Below, piece by piece: positions 62,723 through 64,000 of a stretch of DNA of 64,000 bases; position 1 is the first letter of the stretch; every line of letters begins with the position of its first letter. Below the pieces are notes generated by a model that saw only the letters and a program-made list of their open reading frames with translations, searched no databases and had not been told where the DNA came from. A program made the position numbers and the translations under genes. The DNA is from Toensbergia leucococca (Eukaryota). The stretch spans positions 124,001 to 188,000 of the forward strand of contig JALDZS010000017.1 of the NCBI GenBank assembly GCA_022813965.1, written 5' to 3'.

Positions 62723-63931
62723 AATATACAAGCCTACCAAGGATGCTCAAGCTCACCATTCATCAATATTCAGACTTGTTGATTGATTTCAACAAAATTT
62801 GTCAAGCCAAAAGCCATCATCATAATTCCTCAAATCTCTAAAATAGATCTCAGAGTAGAAAAAAAATCCAAAACATTCACCTTACAATCACAAGTTGTAA
62901 CTTATTCAGTCTTTCAGGAAAAGAATTCAAACCTCATAGTCAAGGTATTTGATATCTTCAAAACTCTATAAGAAAAAAACTGCAAAACTGCAAATCCTCA
63001 ATTCAACTGAGATGCAAGAATGTTATACAAACATACCTATCTACATGACAAGATATTTAACCCTTCAAACACACAACATCATCAACTCAGAGTGAAGAAA
63101 ACAAAAAAATCAATAATCAAAATCAACACTCTTTTACATTCAAATACACCTCACCTCTTCACTCTTCTTATTCTCTCATAACAGCAAAAACAACAACAGT
63201 CTGATCAGATCACACAATCACATCATTTCTTTCTCTCTTTCCCCTTCTCAAAAAAAAAACAACAACATTCTTATAAAAACTTCATCTCAATCTTCCTTTC
63301 CCTTCTCTCAAAAAAAAGAACTTTCAAAAAAGTGTCAATATCTGAAGAAAGAAAAAAGTGTTTTTAAAAAAACATTGAAATGAACATCAATCTCAAGCTA
63401 CCTAATAAAGAAAAATTTCAAGAAAAATTATCACATCTCAGAAAAAAAAAAGAAAAGAGAAAGGGAAGAAAGTGAGTGAGTGAGTAAATGCATATCACCT
63501 TCCTTTTTTTTTGAAAAGGGATAAAACAGAAAATAAAAAATAGTCAACACTGCTATCTTAAAAAAGGGCTACTTTTCAATGAAAGAAAAAACAACAAACT
63601 CAATAAGTATCTGAAACAGCAGTTCAGAAAGGTCATCAAAGTAGTTAAAAAAGTGTGTGAAATTTTGATTTTGAAAATTTCTTCTTCATTCTTTCTTGAA
63701 TTTGAAAGAAAGTGAAAGACCCAACCAAAAAAAAAAAAACAAGAAAAAGGACAGCATAAATAATCAGGACAGATGGGCCTACTGTGATGATGAAGATTAT
63801 AAAGACTTTGATATACAATAAAAAGAGATACCCATTACTCAAAACTGAACCAAGAATACCAACATGCAATATGATTACTTTTGATTCAAGTCTCTTCTTT
63901 TGAAAAAAACCAAGGGACCATCTCCCAGAAT
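62723..63931. repeat. AT-rich, CpG-free degenerate tract (likely hypermutated repeat relic)
   Basis: No CG dinucleotide seen over about 1.2 kb (flanking CGs at 62721 and 63932). A-rich and CA/TG-rich. Confidence 0.6.
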
Positions 63932-64000
63932 CGATCGAAGCTATGTACATCCACCTTTTTCCATCCAGCCATAACATACGTACGAACCTTCTGCCCTATG

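Noticed and set aside
1..64000. tRNA, rRNA, snRNA genes or CRISPR arrays
   Set aside because: No cloverleaf with A/B boxes, rRNA-like sequence or regularly spaced repeat-spacer array was seen by eye; tRNAscan-SE and Infernal were not run.

Overview
Eukaryotic, intron-containing DNA from a filamentous ascomycete (Pezizomycotina). A plant-AMT2-like (MEP-alpha) ammonium transporter hints at a lichen-forming lineage, but that is inference. About 17 protein-coding genes can be reconstructed by hand: an unidentified gene end, a 2OG-Fe(II) oxygenase, FRG1, an SDR, a divergent MmgE/PrpD dehydratase, a Zn2Cys6 transcription factor, NAN1/UTP17, RPB10, a DUF1479/Gig2-like protein, the AMT/MEP, a GH18 ENGase-like enzyme, a cupin, a kelch-BTB protein, CDC20, TOA1, an STL1-like sugar porter, laeA and a WDR89-like protein. 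Between them lie decayed elements: a 1.03-kb pogo/Fot1-type element with perfect 20-bp TIRs and TA TSD, MULE and probable piggyBac relics, an NLR-type TPR fragment, and pseudogenes of a YtcJ amidohydrolase, a zinc-binding dehydrogenase and a zinc-finger protein. The most notable signals are: (1) C-to-T hypermutation of repeats in CpC and CpG context that apparently spares CpA, unlike classical RIP; (2) the intronless MEP-alpha gene within a co-oriented, possibly nitrogen/GlcNAc-salvage neighbourhood; (3) an apparent GT-GG intron in the WDR89-like gene; (4) recurrent TAGGTA/TACCTA palindromes in intergenic DNA. No rRNA, tRNA or CRISPR array was recognised. All calls come from reading the sequence and recalled family motifs, with no database searches.
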